Program-made: the position numbers and the translations under genes | Assembly (NCBI GenBank): GCA_965203445.1 | Contig: OZ241883.1 | Location: forward strand, 928,001-992,000 | From: Candidatus Oxydemutator sp. | GTDB lineage: Bacteria > Pseudomonadota > Gammaproteobacteria > Poriferisulfidales > Oxydemutatoraceae | Length of the DNA stretch: 64,000 nucleotides | Reading direction: 5' to 3' | The notes under the pieces: generated by a model | What the model saw: the letters and a program-made list of their open reading frames with translations, nothing else | Database searches by the model: none | Told to the model about the DNA's origin: nothing | Shown here: one piece after another, positions 1-12,143 of the stretch | Layout: each line of letters opens with the position of its first letter | Numbering within the stretch: the first letter of the stretch is position 1

Positions 1-1408
1 CCTGGCGCAACTCGACGCTCTCGAGCAGCACCCAGTAAAGCGCGATGAACACCGGTATCTGCACGACGATAGGCAGGCAGCCGCCCAGCGGGTTGATCTT
101 CTCCTTCTTGTAGAAGTCCATCATCTCCTTGTGCTGGCGCTCCTTGTCGTCCTTGAAACGTTCGCGCAGGGCGGTCAGGCTCGGCTGCAACTTGCGCATG
201 CGCGCCATGGACTTGTAGCTGGTCTCGGACAGTTTGTAGAAGACCAGCTTGATCAGGATCGTCAGCACGACTATCGCCCACCCCCAGTTGCCGATCAGGT
301 CGTTGATCTTGTCGAGCAGCCAGAACAGCGGCTTCGACAGGAACGTGAAGATGCCGTAGTCGGTCGCAAGCTCCAGCCCCTCGGCGGTTTCCTCCAGGTG
401 GTTTTGCAGCTTCGGCCCGGCGTACAGACGCGCGGTGAAGCGCCCGCTGGCGCCCGGCTCGACGACCAGCGGCTCGGAGCGGATGCCGATGATGTATTCC
501 GCCCGCTGCTGGCCGCGCGCAACCCGCGTGTAGAAGTCGTTGTCGCCGTCGCCGAGCAGGGCGCCTACGAAGTAATGCTGCAACGTCGCGACCCAGCCGT
601 CGCGCACGCGCCGCACGAAGGGCTTCTCCTCCAGCTCGTCGAACGGCAGTTTGTTGTACTTGCCGTCGTACCACGCGGCCCCGGTGAAGGTATAGAGCAG
701 GCGCATGCCCTCCTCGGGGATCGCGCCGTGGCGCAGCTGGCGGTACTGGCGTCCGACCCAGGCCCGGGCGCCACGGTTGTGCACGACGTGCTCGACGTCT
801 ATCAGGTAGCTATCGCGATGAAACGTGTAGATCTTGTCGACCGCGACGCCGCCGTCATTTTGCCAGCGCAGCACGACGCGCAGCTCGTCCTCGTCGTCGC
901 CCAGCGTATATTCGGTGGCCTCGGGGCGGTAATCGTCGTGGTGCGACGGCGCCCGCCCCCGGCCCTCGGCCGCGGACATGCCGTTTATGCGGTCGTGCAA
1001 CAGACCGGACTGGACGACGTGCAGGTCGCCGCCCTCGCTGAACAACGTGAACGGTTTGTCGGGGGTGTCGAGCGACACCGGTATCTTGCGCAACTTCAGA
1101 CTGCGCACGTCGCCGCCGCGGGCGTCTATCTCGAGGTCGAGCGCGTCGGTGCGCACGCGCACGCGCCGGCCGGCGGCGCGCCGGGGAACGGCGGCGGGCG
1201 CGTCACCGGCGCGCGGCGACGCCGCCACCGCCTCGGGCAGGTCGTCTTCGGCGGCCGCTGGCGGCGCGGGCGCGGACTGCTCCGCCGGGGCCGCGGCTTC
1301 GGGCGGGGCCGGAGACGGCGCCGGCGTCTGCCATTGCTGCCAGCGCTCCCACAACAGGAATGCCACCAGCGCGAGCGACAGGTAGAGTATCAGGCGAACG
1401 TTCTCCAT
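1..1408 (-). CDS. yidC: Membrane protein insertase YidC (3' end outside window)
   Basis: Minus strand reads MENVRLILYLSLALVAFLLWERW... and later GNWGWAIVVLTILIKLVFY, KINPLGGCLPIVVQIPVFIALYWVL; syntenic with rnpA-rpmH. Confidence 0.95.
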   Translation of the reverse strand, partial: MENVRLILYLSLALVAFLLWERWQQWQTPAPSPAPPEAAAPAEQSAPAPPAAAEDDLPEAVAASPRAGDAPAAVPRRAAGRRVRVRTDALDLEIDARGGDVRSLKLRKIPVSLDTPDKPFTLFSEGGDLHVVQSGLLHDRINGMSAAEGRGRAPSHHDDYRPEATEYTLGDDEDELRVVLRWQNDGGVAVDKIYTFHRDSYLIDVEHVVHNRGARAWVGRQYRQLRHGAIPEEGMRLLYTFTGAAWYDGKYNKLPFDELEEKPFVRRVRDGWVATLQHYFVGALLGDGDNDFYTRVARGQQRAEYIIGIRSEPLVVEPGASGRFTARLYAGPKLQNHLEETAEGLELATDYGIFTFLSKPLFWLLDKINDLIGNWGWAIVVLTILIKLVFYKLSETSYKSMARMRKLQPSLTALRERFKDDKERQHKEMMDFYKKEKINPLGGCLPIVVQIPVFIALYWVLLESVELRQ

Positions 1409-1424
1409 GGCGGGAGTCGGGGGT

Positions 1425-1820
1425 TCAGCCGTCGTTCGATCTTTTGCGCCGGGCAGCCGCTTCTTTTTCCCAGAAGAGGGCCAGGTCGGCCATCGCCCGG
1501 GCACGCTCCGCAGCGCTGCTTCCGGGCTTGCAGGCGACGACGTAATCGTGCGCCGGAAGATGCAGGCGGTGGCGGCGGAAGCTTTCGCGCACAAGGCGCT
1601 TGAGGCGGTTGCGCGCGACCGCGTTGCCTGCGGCCTTCACCGACACCGCAAGCCCCAGGCGCGGGCCGTCGCATGCGTTGGCGCGGCTGCGAATAGAGAA
1701 GATACCCGCATGGCTCCTGGTTGCGTTCGAGAAAACCGCTTTGAACTGCGACGGTTTGGAGAGGCGCCGGTTTTTGCCCAGGCTTTGTGCGTGCGTCCTC
1801 GTCGGGGTGGTCGCGGCCAA
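1425..1820 (-). CDS. rnpA: Ribonuclease P protein component
   Basis: PRLGLAVSVKAAGNAVARNRLKRLVRESFR motif; directly downstream of rpmH. Confidence 0.93.
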   Translation of the reverse strand: MAATTPTRTHAQSLGKNRRLSKPSQFKAVFSNATRSHAGIFSIRSRANACDGPRLGLAVSVKAAGNAVARNRLKRLVRESFRRHRLHLPAHDYVVACKPGSSAAERARAMADLALFWEKEAAARRKRSNDG

Positions 1821-1825
1821 ACCGC

Positions 1826-1960
1826 TCAGGGGGCCAGACGGGTGCGGCCGCGACGGCGGCGGGCGTTGATGATCGCGCGCCCGGCGCGGGTCCTCATGCG
1901 CGCCCGAAATCCGTGTTTGCGCTTGCGCTTGATATTGCTCGGCTGGAAGGTTCGTTTCAT
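1826..1960 (-). CDS. rpmH: 50S ribosomal protein L34
   Basis: [24 protein letters not shown]..., 44 aa. Confidence 0.98.
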   Translation of the reverse strand: MKRTFQPSNIKRKRKHGFRARMRTRAGRAIINARRRRGRTRLAP

Positions 1961-2045
1961 GGCGCCGCCATTGTATCCCAAATGGCCGGGAAAGGGAAAG
2001 GCAAATCGGCGCCGCGGCGCGCTTTCAAAAGAAGATTCATTTTTT

Positions 2046-2084
2046 GGTGGATAACTTTCCCGGTTCGGGGTATGCTTATCCCCT
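2046..2084. promoter_or_regulatory. Degenerate DnaA boxes in the rpmH-dnaA intergenic region
   Basis: GGTGGATAA (2046-2054; reverse complement TTATCCACC, 1 mismatch to TTATCCACA) and TTATCCCCT (2076-2084). Confidence 0.55.
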
Positions 2085-2130
2085 GAACCGTCCACCCTGG
2101 AAGGTTTAACAACACCACCTGATTTTTGTC

Positions 2131-3438
2131 ATGAGTTTATGGGAACAATGCGTCAGGGAATTGGAGTCTCTGCTTCCTGAAGAGGAAGTCAATACATGGA
2201 TACGGTCTTTGCGTGCGGTGGAGACCGACAGCAGTCTGCTGCTGGTCGCGCCGAACACTTCGACTTGCGAATGGGTACGCAGAAACTGCCTCGATCACAT
2301 CAGCCGGCTGCTGTCGCGGGAGCCGCGGCCACGCGCGGTGGAGCTGGAAACCAGGCAACAAGAAAGCACGCCGGAACAACAGCATAGGAACGGGACGGGG
2401 CGCCCCCGCTACGAGTCTTTCCTGGACCCCAGACAGACTTTCGAGACCTTTATCGAAGGAAAATCCAATCGCTTCGCGTGCGCCGCCGCGCAGCAGGTCG
2501 CCGAAAACCCCGGTGTCTCGTACAACCCGCTGCTGCTTTACAGCGGAGTCGGTCTCGGCAAGACGCACCTGGTGCATGCGATCGGCAACCACATCAAACG
2601 CACCCGGCGCGACGCGCGCGTGATGTACCTGACGTCGGAGCGCTTCGTCAACGACATGGTGCGCGCGCTGGGCAAAAAGCAGATGGAGCAGTTCACGCGC
2701 TTTTACCGCTCGCTCGACGTGTTTTTGCTGGACGACATCCAGTTTTTCGCCAACAAGAAACAGAGCCAGGAAGAATTGTTTCATACGTTCAACCGCCTGT
2801 TGCAGGGCAACAGTCAGATTGTGATCACCTGCGACTGTTATCCGACCGAAGTCGGCGGCCTCGAGGAGCGCCTGAAGTCCCGCTTCAGCTGGGGGCTGAC
2901 GCAGGCGATAGAACCGCCCGAGCTCGAGACGCGCGTCGCGATCCTGCAGAGCAAGGCCGAGCGCAGCCGGGTAGCGCTGCCGAACGAGGTGGCGCTGTAC
3001 ATCGCCGAAAACGTCCGCTCGAACATCCGCGAACTGGAAGGGGCGCTGCGGCGCGTCATCGCAAACGCGGAGTTCACCGGTAAGGAAATAACCATCGAGT
3101 TCGCCAGGGACGCACTGAGGGACCTGGTGGCGACGCACAACCGGACGCTGACGATAGAGAAAATCCAGAAAACCGTCGCTGAGTATTACAATATACGACA
3201 CAGCGAGATGCTGTCGCAAAGGCGCAGTCGCTCGATTGTGCGCCCGAGACAGATGGCGATGGCCCTGATCAAAGAGCTGACCAACCACAGCCTGCCGGAA
3301 ATCGGCGAATCGTTCGGTGGGCGCGACCACACGACGGTGCTGCACGCCTGCAGGAAGATCGAGGAATTGCAACAAAACGACGGCAACGTCGCACAGGCGC
3401 AGACCGATCTGATGCGGATACTGAACGTGAACGGCTGA
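2131..3438 (+). CDS. dnaA: Chromosomal replication initiator DnaA
   Basis: YNPLLLYSGVGLGKTHL Walker A, LLDDIQF, GGRDHTTVLHA. Confidence 0.99.
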   Translation: MSLWEQCVRELESLLPEEEVNTWIRSLRAVETDSSLLLVAPNTSTCEWVRRNCLDHISRLLSREPRPRAVELETRQQESTPEQQHRNGTGRPRYESFLDPRQTFETFIEGKSNRFACAAAQQVAENPGVSYNPLLLYSGVGLGKTHLVHAIGNHIKRTRRDARVMYLTSERFVNDMVRALGKKQMEQFTRFYRSLDVFLLDDIQFFANKKQSQEELFHTFNRLLQGNSQIVITCDCYPTEVGGLEERLKSRFSWGLTQAIEPPELETRVAILQSKAERSRVALPNEVALYIAENVRSNIRELEGALRRVIANAEFTGKEITIEFARDALRDLVATHNRTLTIEKIQKTVAEYYNIRHSEMLSQRRSRSIVRPRQMAMALIKELTNHSLPEIGESFGGRDHTTVLHACRKIEELQQNDGNVAQAQTDLMRILNVNG

Positions 3439-3636
3439 GAGAAGCTGTAAAAAACCATGTAAAAAGGCGAGAGAACCAGGGAGAAAAACAAATAGAGAGA
3501 AAAGACAAACCAGGCAAAGCGAAGATATGAACAAGATATCCGGCGGGGCGAACGTGTCGCCGTGCGACCGGGAACGACAATCAACAGAAAACCAGAGAAT
3601 CTACAACAATGATAAAGAAACAAAGAGAAAACCGTT

Positions 3637-4740
3637 ATGGAAATCAAAATCAAGAATGAGCACCTGCTGAGGGTACTCGAGGTGGCCCGTAGCGTCGTCG
3701 AATCGAGAAACACACTACCAGCTTCGGCCATGGCTTTGTTCTCGCCGAGTGCCGAAGGCTGCTCCGTAACCGTCATGAATCCGGAAATGGAGATGCGTAT
3801 TCTCATGGACGATCTGGAAATCAGCGAACCCGCGCCATCGCTGGTTTCTGTTGCGAAGCTCTACGAAATATCGAGAAATGACAGCAGAGAGAGCCTAATT
3901 TCCGTGAAATTCTCCGATAATCACGTTCTGGTCCGTTCTGGCAACAGCCGGTTCAAGCTGCTCACGATGTCGGCGGATGACTTTCCGCTATCCCAGGATG
4001 AACGTCCTGAAGGGATGCTCTCCGTGCTCCAACAAGACCTGAAAAGTATCATTGATATGACCGAGTTTTCGATGGCCAATAACGATGCACGTTACTATCT
4101 CAACGGGGTGCTCATCGAGATAGAGGAAAACGGCGTGACCTCGGTCGCGACCGACGGCCACCGTCTGGCAAAGAGTTTTCTACAGGTAGAGAAGGCGGCG
4201 AGCGAAAAGAACCAGGCGATCATGCCGCGCAAAGCGGTGTCCGTGCTTCAACAGACTCTCGGGAGAAACGAGAATATAGTGGAATTTGGCGTCAGTTCGT
4301 CCAATTTATTTGCAGAGTTCGACAATATCTCGCTCTCAGCCAAAGCGATCAACGGCCAGTTTCCCGATTACCGTCGCGTCATTCCGACAAGCTTCGAGCA
4401 GGAAATCCGGCTGAACCGGGAGGAGACCTTGACGTCGCTCAGAAGAGCCGCGGCCATCACCGACGGCAAGCCTGGAGGGGCGACCCTCGACTTTTCCGAT
4501 GGGCTATTGAAATTGCTCGTAACCAATACCGAAGAGGAAGAAGCCAGGATTGAACAAAAAGTAGAATACTCGGGTGCTCCTTTCAAGATAGGCTTTAACG
4601 TGGCCTATCTATCCGATGTGTTTCAGCACCTGTACAGTGAGACGGCACTCCTGCAAATCCGCGACAACAGCAGCGGAGTGCGGATAGTCGGCGAAGATTC
4701 CGACTCCGAGGAATACGTGGTAATGCCGCTGCGCCTTTGA
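3637..4740 (+). CDS. dnaN: DNA polymerase III beta sliding clamp
   Basis: ARYYLNG, VATDGHRLA, FPDYRRVIP, C-terminal VVMPLRL. Confidence 0.97.
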   Translation: MEIKIKNEHLLRVLEVARSVVESRNTLPASAMALFSPSAEGCSVTVMNPEMEMRILMDDLEISEPAPSLVSVAKLYEISRNDSRESLISVKFSDNHVLVRSGNSRFKLLTMSADDFPLSQDERPEGMLSVLQQDLKSIIDMTEFSMANNDARYYLNGVLIEIEENGVTSVATDGHRLAKSFLQVEKAASEKNQAIMPRKAVSVLQQTLGRNENIVEFGVSSSNLFAEFDNISLSAKAINGQFPDYRRVIPTSFEQEIRLNREETLTSLRRAAAITDGKPGGATLDFSDGLLKLLVTNTEEEEARIEQKVEYSGAPFKIGFNVAYLSDVFQHLYSETALLQIRDNSSGVRIVGEDSDSEEYVVMPLRL

Positions 4741-4741
4741 C

Positions 4742-5866
4742 GTGTCCGTAAAATCCATTTTTATCAAAAATCTGCGGAATATCTCGCAGATGCGGATAGA
4801 TCTCTGTCCTGGGGTCAACTTTTTCGTTGGCGATAACGGCAGCGGCAAGACTTCGATCCTTGAAAGTTTTGACATATTGTCAAGAGGTTATAGCTTCCGC
4901 ACCAACCGCAAGGCCGACCTGATAAAGTCCCAGCAGCAAAGCCTGTTGATAGGGGCGACCCTCGATCAGGATGGCACCGACCAAAAGTTGTCTATTCAGA
5001 AAGGAGTGGACGACAGGACGGTCGTAACCGTCAACGGCGAGACTGCCAGCAGCCTTGCCGAGGCCGCGAAGCTTCTCCCGGTTCGCGCTTTCCACCCGGA
5101 CAGCCATCTGCTGGTGCAGGGTGGGTCGTCCGAGCGCAGACGCTTCCTGGATTGGGGCGTGTTTCACGTGAAACCGGAATTTCTTGCCTGTTGGAACCGC
5201 TTTCAGCGTTGCCTGAAGCAAAGAAATGCGCTGCTGAAGCAGAGGAAACGGAACTCCCACCCGGAGCAGTGGGACAACCAGATTATCGAGTGCGCCGCCG
5301 AGATTGACACTTGCCGAAGCGAGTATTTCCACTCCTGGCGCACAGTGGTGCGTGATTTCCTGGCCGAGCTGAAGCCTGGCAAGGAGTTGCTCGTCGAATA
5401 CGACCGTGGCTGGCCCGCCGACCGCGAGCTGGCCAGTTTGTTAGAGGAAAATTACGCGACCGATCTGGAGAGAGGCACGACGCAGTTCGGTCCGCACCGG
5501 GCCGAACTCAACCTTCTGTGGGATGGCCAGCCAGCCAGATGCACCGCCTCGCGCGGACAACAGAAGGTAATCGCGCTGATTATGGTTTTGGCGCAAATTC
5601 GGCACTTCGTCCGCACCCATGGGCGCGAAGGACTGGTGCTGATTGACGATCTGGCTTCCGAACTGGATCAGAAGCACCGCGCCTGGGCATTGGGGGAGAT
5701 TCGCGGGCTTGAGCAGCAGACCATCGTCGCCCAGACCGAGAACGGCCTCGACTTGTCAGCCTGGCCAGAGATGAAGACGTTTCACGTGAAACAAGGCTCT
5801 ATTACCGAAGTTCGCAGTGTCAGTCCTCCGGTCGCAAACACGCTTCCGCCGCCGCTGCCCGAGTGA
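4742..5866 (+). CDS. recF: DNA replication/repair protein RecF
   Basis: GDNGSGKTS, RRRFLDWG, SRGQQK, LIDDLASELD. Confidence 0.96.
   Translation: MSVKSIFIKNLRNISQMRIDLCPGVNFFVGDNGSGKTSILESFDILSRGYSFRTNRKADLIKSQQQSLLIGATLDQDGTDQKLSIQKGVDDRTVVTVNGETASSLAEAAKLLPVRAFHPDSHLLVQGGSSERRRFLDWGVFHVKPEFLACWNRFQRCLKQRNALLKQRKRNSHPEQWDNQIIECAAEIDTCRSEYFHSWRTVVRDFLAELKPGKELLVEYDRGWPADRELASLLEENYATDLERGTTQFGPHRAELNLLWDGQPARCTASRGQQKVIALIMVLAQIRHFVRTHGREGLVLIDDLASELDQKHRAWALGEIRGLEQQTIVAQTENGLDLSAWPEMKTFHVKQGSITEVRSVSPPVANTLPPPLPE
5160..5175. promoter_or_regulatory. parS centromere-like site inside recF
   Basis: TGTTTCACGTGAAACC, 15/16 match to consensus TGTTTCACGTGAAACA. Confidence 0.85.
5778..5793. promoter_or_regulatory. 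parS centromere-like site inside recF
   Basis: CGTTTCACGTGAAACA, 15/16 match to consensus. Confidence 0.85.
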
Positions 5867-5947
5867 CTCCATCCTCTTCCGTCGTCCGCGCCTCTCTCTC
5901 CGTCGAAGAAGCGCATGGATGCAGGTTTCTTGTCGTCGCGCCTGGTG

Positions 5948-5973
5948 TGTAAAAGGCCAGAAACATTCTGGAC
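5948..5973 (+). mobile_element. Orphan left end of the IS481-like element
   Basis: TGTAAAAGGCCAGAAACATTCTGGAC vs IS left end TGTATAGGGCCAGAAACATTCTGGAC at 31787 (24/26). Confidence 0.75.
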
Positions 5974-6069
5974 TCCATCCTGCCCTGCCCGCAGGGGTTG
6001 CCAAAATGCCGTATTGCGTCCGATCAGGACATTTGTGCTTTGGGCTGACAGTCCCATCCATGGTATTGA

Positions 6070-8523
<2,454 letters not shown>

Positions 8524-8580
8524 GCTTTCGCACTTCCCTGCCGGCGGGCGTCGCGCCGGCGGGCAAGGCCGTCGCCCGCG

Positions 8581-9378
8581 ATGAAAATCGCCTCGTGGAA
8601 CGTCAACGGGCTGCGCGCGCGCTTGGCGCACGTGCTCGAATGGCTGAAGGTCTGCCCGGTGGACCTGCTCGCGGTGCAGGAAACCAAGGTGCAAGACCAG
8701 GACTTTCCGCGGGCCGAGATCGAGGCCGCCGGTTATCGCGCGGTGTTTTCGGGCCAGAAGTCCTATAACGGCGTCGCTTTTCTGTATCGTAGCGAGGGCG
8801 GCGAGGGCGGCGAGAGTGGCAGCGGGGCCGCCGAACCGCCGTTGCCGGCGCCGCCGTCGGGCGCGGAGCAGAAACGCGCGCTGGTGATGACCATGGGCGG
8901 CGTGCGCGTGGTGAACCTTTACGTCGTCAACGGCAAGGAAGTCGGTTGCGAGGCGTACGCCTACAAGCTGCAATGGCTTGACGCGGTGCGCACTTTTCTC
9001 GAAAGCGAGCTGGCGCGATTTCCCGATACCGTCGTGCTTGGCGATTTCAACGTCGCCCCCCGCGACTGCGACGTCCACGACCCGGAGCAATGGCGCGGGC
9101 GCATCCTTTGCAGCGACGCCGAACGCGCGGCCTTGGAGACCCTGCTCGCTCTTGGCCTGGTGGACGTCTTCCGCCTGTTTGAACAGCCGCTGGACACGTC
9201 GTTCAGCTGGTGGGACTACCGGCGCGGCGACTTCGAGCACAATCGCGGCCTGCGGATAGACTTGCTGCTGGCGACCACGCCCCTGGCCGAGCGCTGCCTG
9301 ACGTGCGCGGTGGATACGACGCCGCGCGCCTGGGATCGCCCGTCCGACCACGCGCCGGTTGTGGCCGAGTTTGCCTGA
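8581..9378 (+). CDS. xth: Exodeoxyribonuclease III
   Basis: MKIASWNVNG, QETK, GDFN, FSWWDYR, GLRID, SDHAPV. Confidence 0.93.
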   Translation: MKIASWNVNGLRARLAHVLEWLKVCPVDLLAVQETKVQDQDFPRAEIEAAGYRAVFSGQKSYNGVAFLYRSEGGEGGESGSGAAEPPLPAPPSGAEQKRALVMTMGGVRVVNLYVVNGKEVGCEAYAYKLQWLDAVRTFLESELARFPDTVVLGDFNVAPRDCDVHDPEQWRGRILCSDAERAALETLLALGLVDVFRLFEQPLDTSFSWWDYRRGDFEHNRGLRIDLLLATTPLAERCLTCAVDTTPRAWDRPSDHAPVVAEFA

Positions 9379-9392
9379 GCGCGAGGCGCGAA

Positions 9393-9450
9393 GTCGTCCC
9401 GCTGACGTGGGGGAACAGCCCGGCTGGATTCCCGATTTCGTGGAAATGAC
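9393..9450. repeat. Degenerate REP-like palindrome (GTCATTCCCGCGAAAGCGGGAATCCAG family)
   Basis: GTCGTCCCGC...CTGGATTCCCGATTTCGTGGAAATGAC; partial relatives near 30957 and 48497. Confidence 0.5.
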
Positions 9451-9531
9451 GAACCGGCGCGGAAGGGATGCGTCAGTGTATATAATTCCCATATAATTCT
9501 CACGCTATCTTTGCGAATCAGGAGGAAAGAC

Positions 9532-10170
9532 ATGAGAGAAATAATGGTGGTCAATGCCAAGGGTGGTTCCGGCAAAACGACCATTGCCACCAACCTTGCG
9601 AGCTACTACGCCAACCGCCAGATGAAAGTTGTTCTGTGCGACTTCGACCCGCAGGGCAGCAGTCTGCAATGGCTGCGCCGTCGTTCGCCGGCGAGACCGC
9701 CCATCGGCGGTTACGACGGCGTCAAGAAACGCGGCGCGGCGCGCGCCAAGGCCGACGTCTGCATCATAGACACGCCGGCGGCGCTGCACGGACGCGCACT
9801 GGCCCAGGTGGTGCGCCGCGCGCAGACGTTGATCGTGCCGGTGCTGCCGTCGCCGCTGGACATGACGGCCGCGACCGATTTCCTGAGGGAACTGCGCGCG
9901 ACGCCGACGGTCTCGGGCAAGCGTGCGAAGGTGGCGTTGATCGGCAACCGCGTGCGCGACTATACCAACATCGCGTGGCACCTTGACGACTTTCTGCGTG
10001 CGCAACGCATCGCCTCGCCGACTTTGTTGCGCGACAGCATGAACTACATCCGTGCGGCGGAGAAGGGGCTGGGCATCTTCGACATGTCGCCGTACCTGAC
10101 CCAGACCGACCGCGAGCAATGGAAACCGCTGTTGCGGTGGCTCGGCAACCGGCGTAGCAGCCAGCCGTAG
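9532..10170 (+). CDS. ParA/MinD-family ATPase (short, orphan)
   Basis: NAKGGSGKTT deviant Walker A, DFDPQGS, IIDTPA; RBS GGAGG upstream. Confidence 0.85.
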   Translation: MREIMVVNAKGGSGKTTIATNLASYYANRQMKVVLCDFDPQGSSLQWLRRRSPARPPIGGYDGVKKRGAARAKADVCIIDTPAALHGRALAQVVRRAQTLIVPVLPSPLDMTAATDFLRELRATPTVSGKRAKVALIGNRVRDYTNIAWHLDDFLRAQRIASPTLLRDSMNYIRAAEKGLGIFDMSPYLTQTDREQWKPLLRWLGNRRSSQP

Positions 10171-10214
10171 AGCACGCCCCCGACGGGCGCGAGCGAGGCG
10201 CAGTGCCAGGCGCG

Positions 10215-11258
10215 ATGTCTTTCGCCCGCCGCCTGCTCGCCTGGTACGATCGCAACGGGCGCCACGACCTCCCGTGGCAGCGCGACGCCACCGCGTATCG
10301 CGTGTGGGTGTCCGAGATCATGCTGCAACAAACGCGCGTGCAGACCGTGATTCCCTATTATCGGCGCTTCCTGCGCCGTTTCCCGAGCGTGCGCAAACTG
10401 GCCGAGGCGTCGCCGGACGACGTGATGGCGCACTGGTCAGGGTTGGGCTACTACTCGCGCGCGCGCAATCTGCACCGCGCCGCTCGCGTCGTCCGCGAGC
10501 GCCACGGCGGGCGCGTCCCGCGCAAGCGCCAGGATCTGGAACGCCTGCCCGGCATCGGGCGCTCGACCGCCGCCGCAATCCTGGCGCTCGCGCACGGCGA
10601 GCGCCACGCGATCCTGGACGCCAACGTCAAGCGTGTTCTCGCAAGGCACGCCGACGTCGCCGGCTGGCCCGGCAACGGCGACGTGAACCGTCGCCTGTGG
10701 CGGGTGGCCGAGCGGCATCTGCCGCAAACGCGCGTCGCCGATTACACCCAGGCGCTGATGGATCTGGGCGCCCTCGTCTGCACCGGCAACGACCCCGAGT
10801 GCGCGGCCTGCCCGGTCGCGCGCGACTGCCGCGCCCGAATAGCAGACCGCGTGCATCTGCGCCCGGCGCCCGCGCCGAAACGCGAGCGCCCCGGCCGCCG
10901 GATTATCCTGCTGATGGCGCTGCACAAAAACCGCATGCTGCTCGAACGCCGCCCGCCGTCGGGTATCTGGGGACGCCTGCTGAGCTTCCCCGAAGCCGCC
11001 GACCGGCGCGCTGCCGAGACGTGGTACACCACCCACTTGGGCGAACCCGACACGGCCCGCTACTGGCCCGAGATACGCCACGACCTGACGCACGTGCGCC
11101 TGCTGCTGGTGCCGCTCAAACTCGAATACAGTACGGTCAGGTGGGGCGTGTGCGAGGACAACCGCTTCATCTGGCGCGCGCTATCGCCCGCCACCGCCGT
11201 CCCCGCCCCGATCAAACGCCTGATCGGGGAGCTCAAGAAGGAGGTGGTTGCCTCTTGA
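10215..11258 (+). CDS. mutY: A/G-specific adenine glycosylase
   Basis: VWVSEIMLQQTRV, WSGLGYYSRARNL, LPGIGRSTA, 4Fe-4S cysteine cluster. Confidence 0.96.
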   Translation: MSFARRLLAWYDRNGRHDLPWQRDATAYRVWVSEIMLQQTRVQTVIPYYRRFLRRFPSVRKLAEASPDDVMAHWSGLGYYSRARNLHRAARVVRERHGGRVPRKRQDLERLPGIGRSTAAAILALAHGERHAILDANVKRVLARHADVAGWPGNGDVNRRLWRVAERHLPQTRVADYTQALMDLGALVCTGNDPECAACPVARDCRARIADRVHLRPAPAPKRERPGRRIILLMALHKNRMLLERRPPSGIWGRLLSFPEAADRRAAETWYTTHLGEPDTARYWPEIRHDLTHVRLLLVPLKLEYSTVRWGVCEDNRFIWRALSPATAVPAPIKRLIGELKKEVVAS

Positions 11259-12143
11259 ACAAATCTCCGAGTCCGAGTCTGGGCAAAGGCCTGAAATCGT
11301 GTGCATCGGGCGCCAGCGCCTGCACCAAAGCATCAAATTCTTTCGCGGGTCTTGTCGTGTATTGATGCGCAAGCAGAACCGCATCGGCTCGGGAGTCCCA
11401 GAAATTTGCAAGCCGATGATTGTACTGGTAAATCCGAACTAATAGATGCAGCAGGAAGAACAGGGCGATTCCTGCAAAGATTCGTGCTTGAGAAATCGGT
11501 CCCCCCCATATTTGTGTGGCGTCTGTCTTTCCTGAGTGTTCGGCCAGCCGGGTCTCCCGTTCTTTTTGAAAGGCGCGAAGCTCCTTTGCAAAATTGCTAT
11601 CTTTGAGAATATGGTCTTCTTTCAGTATTTCGTCGGAGTACTCCAGGCCGGGATATTTTCTTAGGATATGTACCTCTTCGCCTGCGACCAAATAGGGATA
11701 TTGGTTTTCGGGTGCTGCGAGTATCCAATCATACAAAGTGCTTCGCCAATCTTTTCCCGTAACAGCCCATGTTTCCCCGCCGTCTTGTGTTACGAATACT
11801 GCTCCCTTATCTCCCGCCAAGACGCCGTTCCCGCCTAATGCCGTCTCGTCCCCGATTTTGCTGATTTCCTGGCTGAAAGTGGCCACAGTAATGCTTTCAT
11901 CTTTCTTCATCCGCAGGTCAGGATGTTTGAGCCAGAAGCGACCCGCACGAAGGAGTGTAAGCCTATCTCCGAATTGTTTATCTCTCTCCTCATCAGCCTT
12001 CTCCTTTAGTTCTTCAAGCTTCCTCAATTTTATATCCAGGTCGCTTTCCCCAATTAGTGGGATGATGAAAGATTGAAATAAATTCCCGCAAACAATAACG
12101 CGAAAATAATGCCGAGTATTATGTCTGCCCGCGTGCGGAGCAT
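11233..12143 (-). pseudogene. Low-GC, probably fragmented membrane protein with a BNR/Asp-box repeat, inserted between mutY and yggX
   Basis: GAVFVTQDGGETW Asp-box and a TM segment in ORF 11233-12027; separate upstream TM fragment ending at 12054. Confidence 0.45.

Noticed and set aside
131-1603. 490-aa plus-strand ORF and many other long antisense ORFs (e.g. 2137-3534, 27738-29309, 45711-47174, 62354-63997)
   Set aside because: Shadow frames opposite well-recognised genes, expected in high-GC DNA
3579-3610. Possible target of the element B guide (ACCAGAAATCAACAAG) in the dnaA-dnaN spacer
   Set aside because: Only gapped, low-complexity A-rich similarity
9532-10170. Chromosomal parA acting on the recF parS sites
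   Set aside because: Short orphan ParA-like protein with no parB neighbour; the true parAB is probably outside the window
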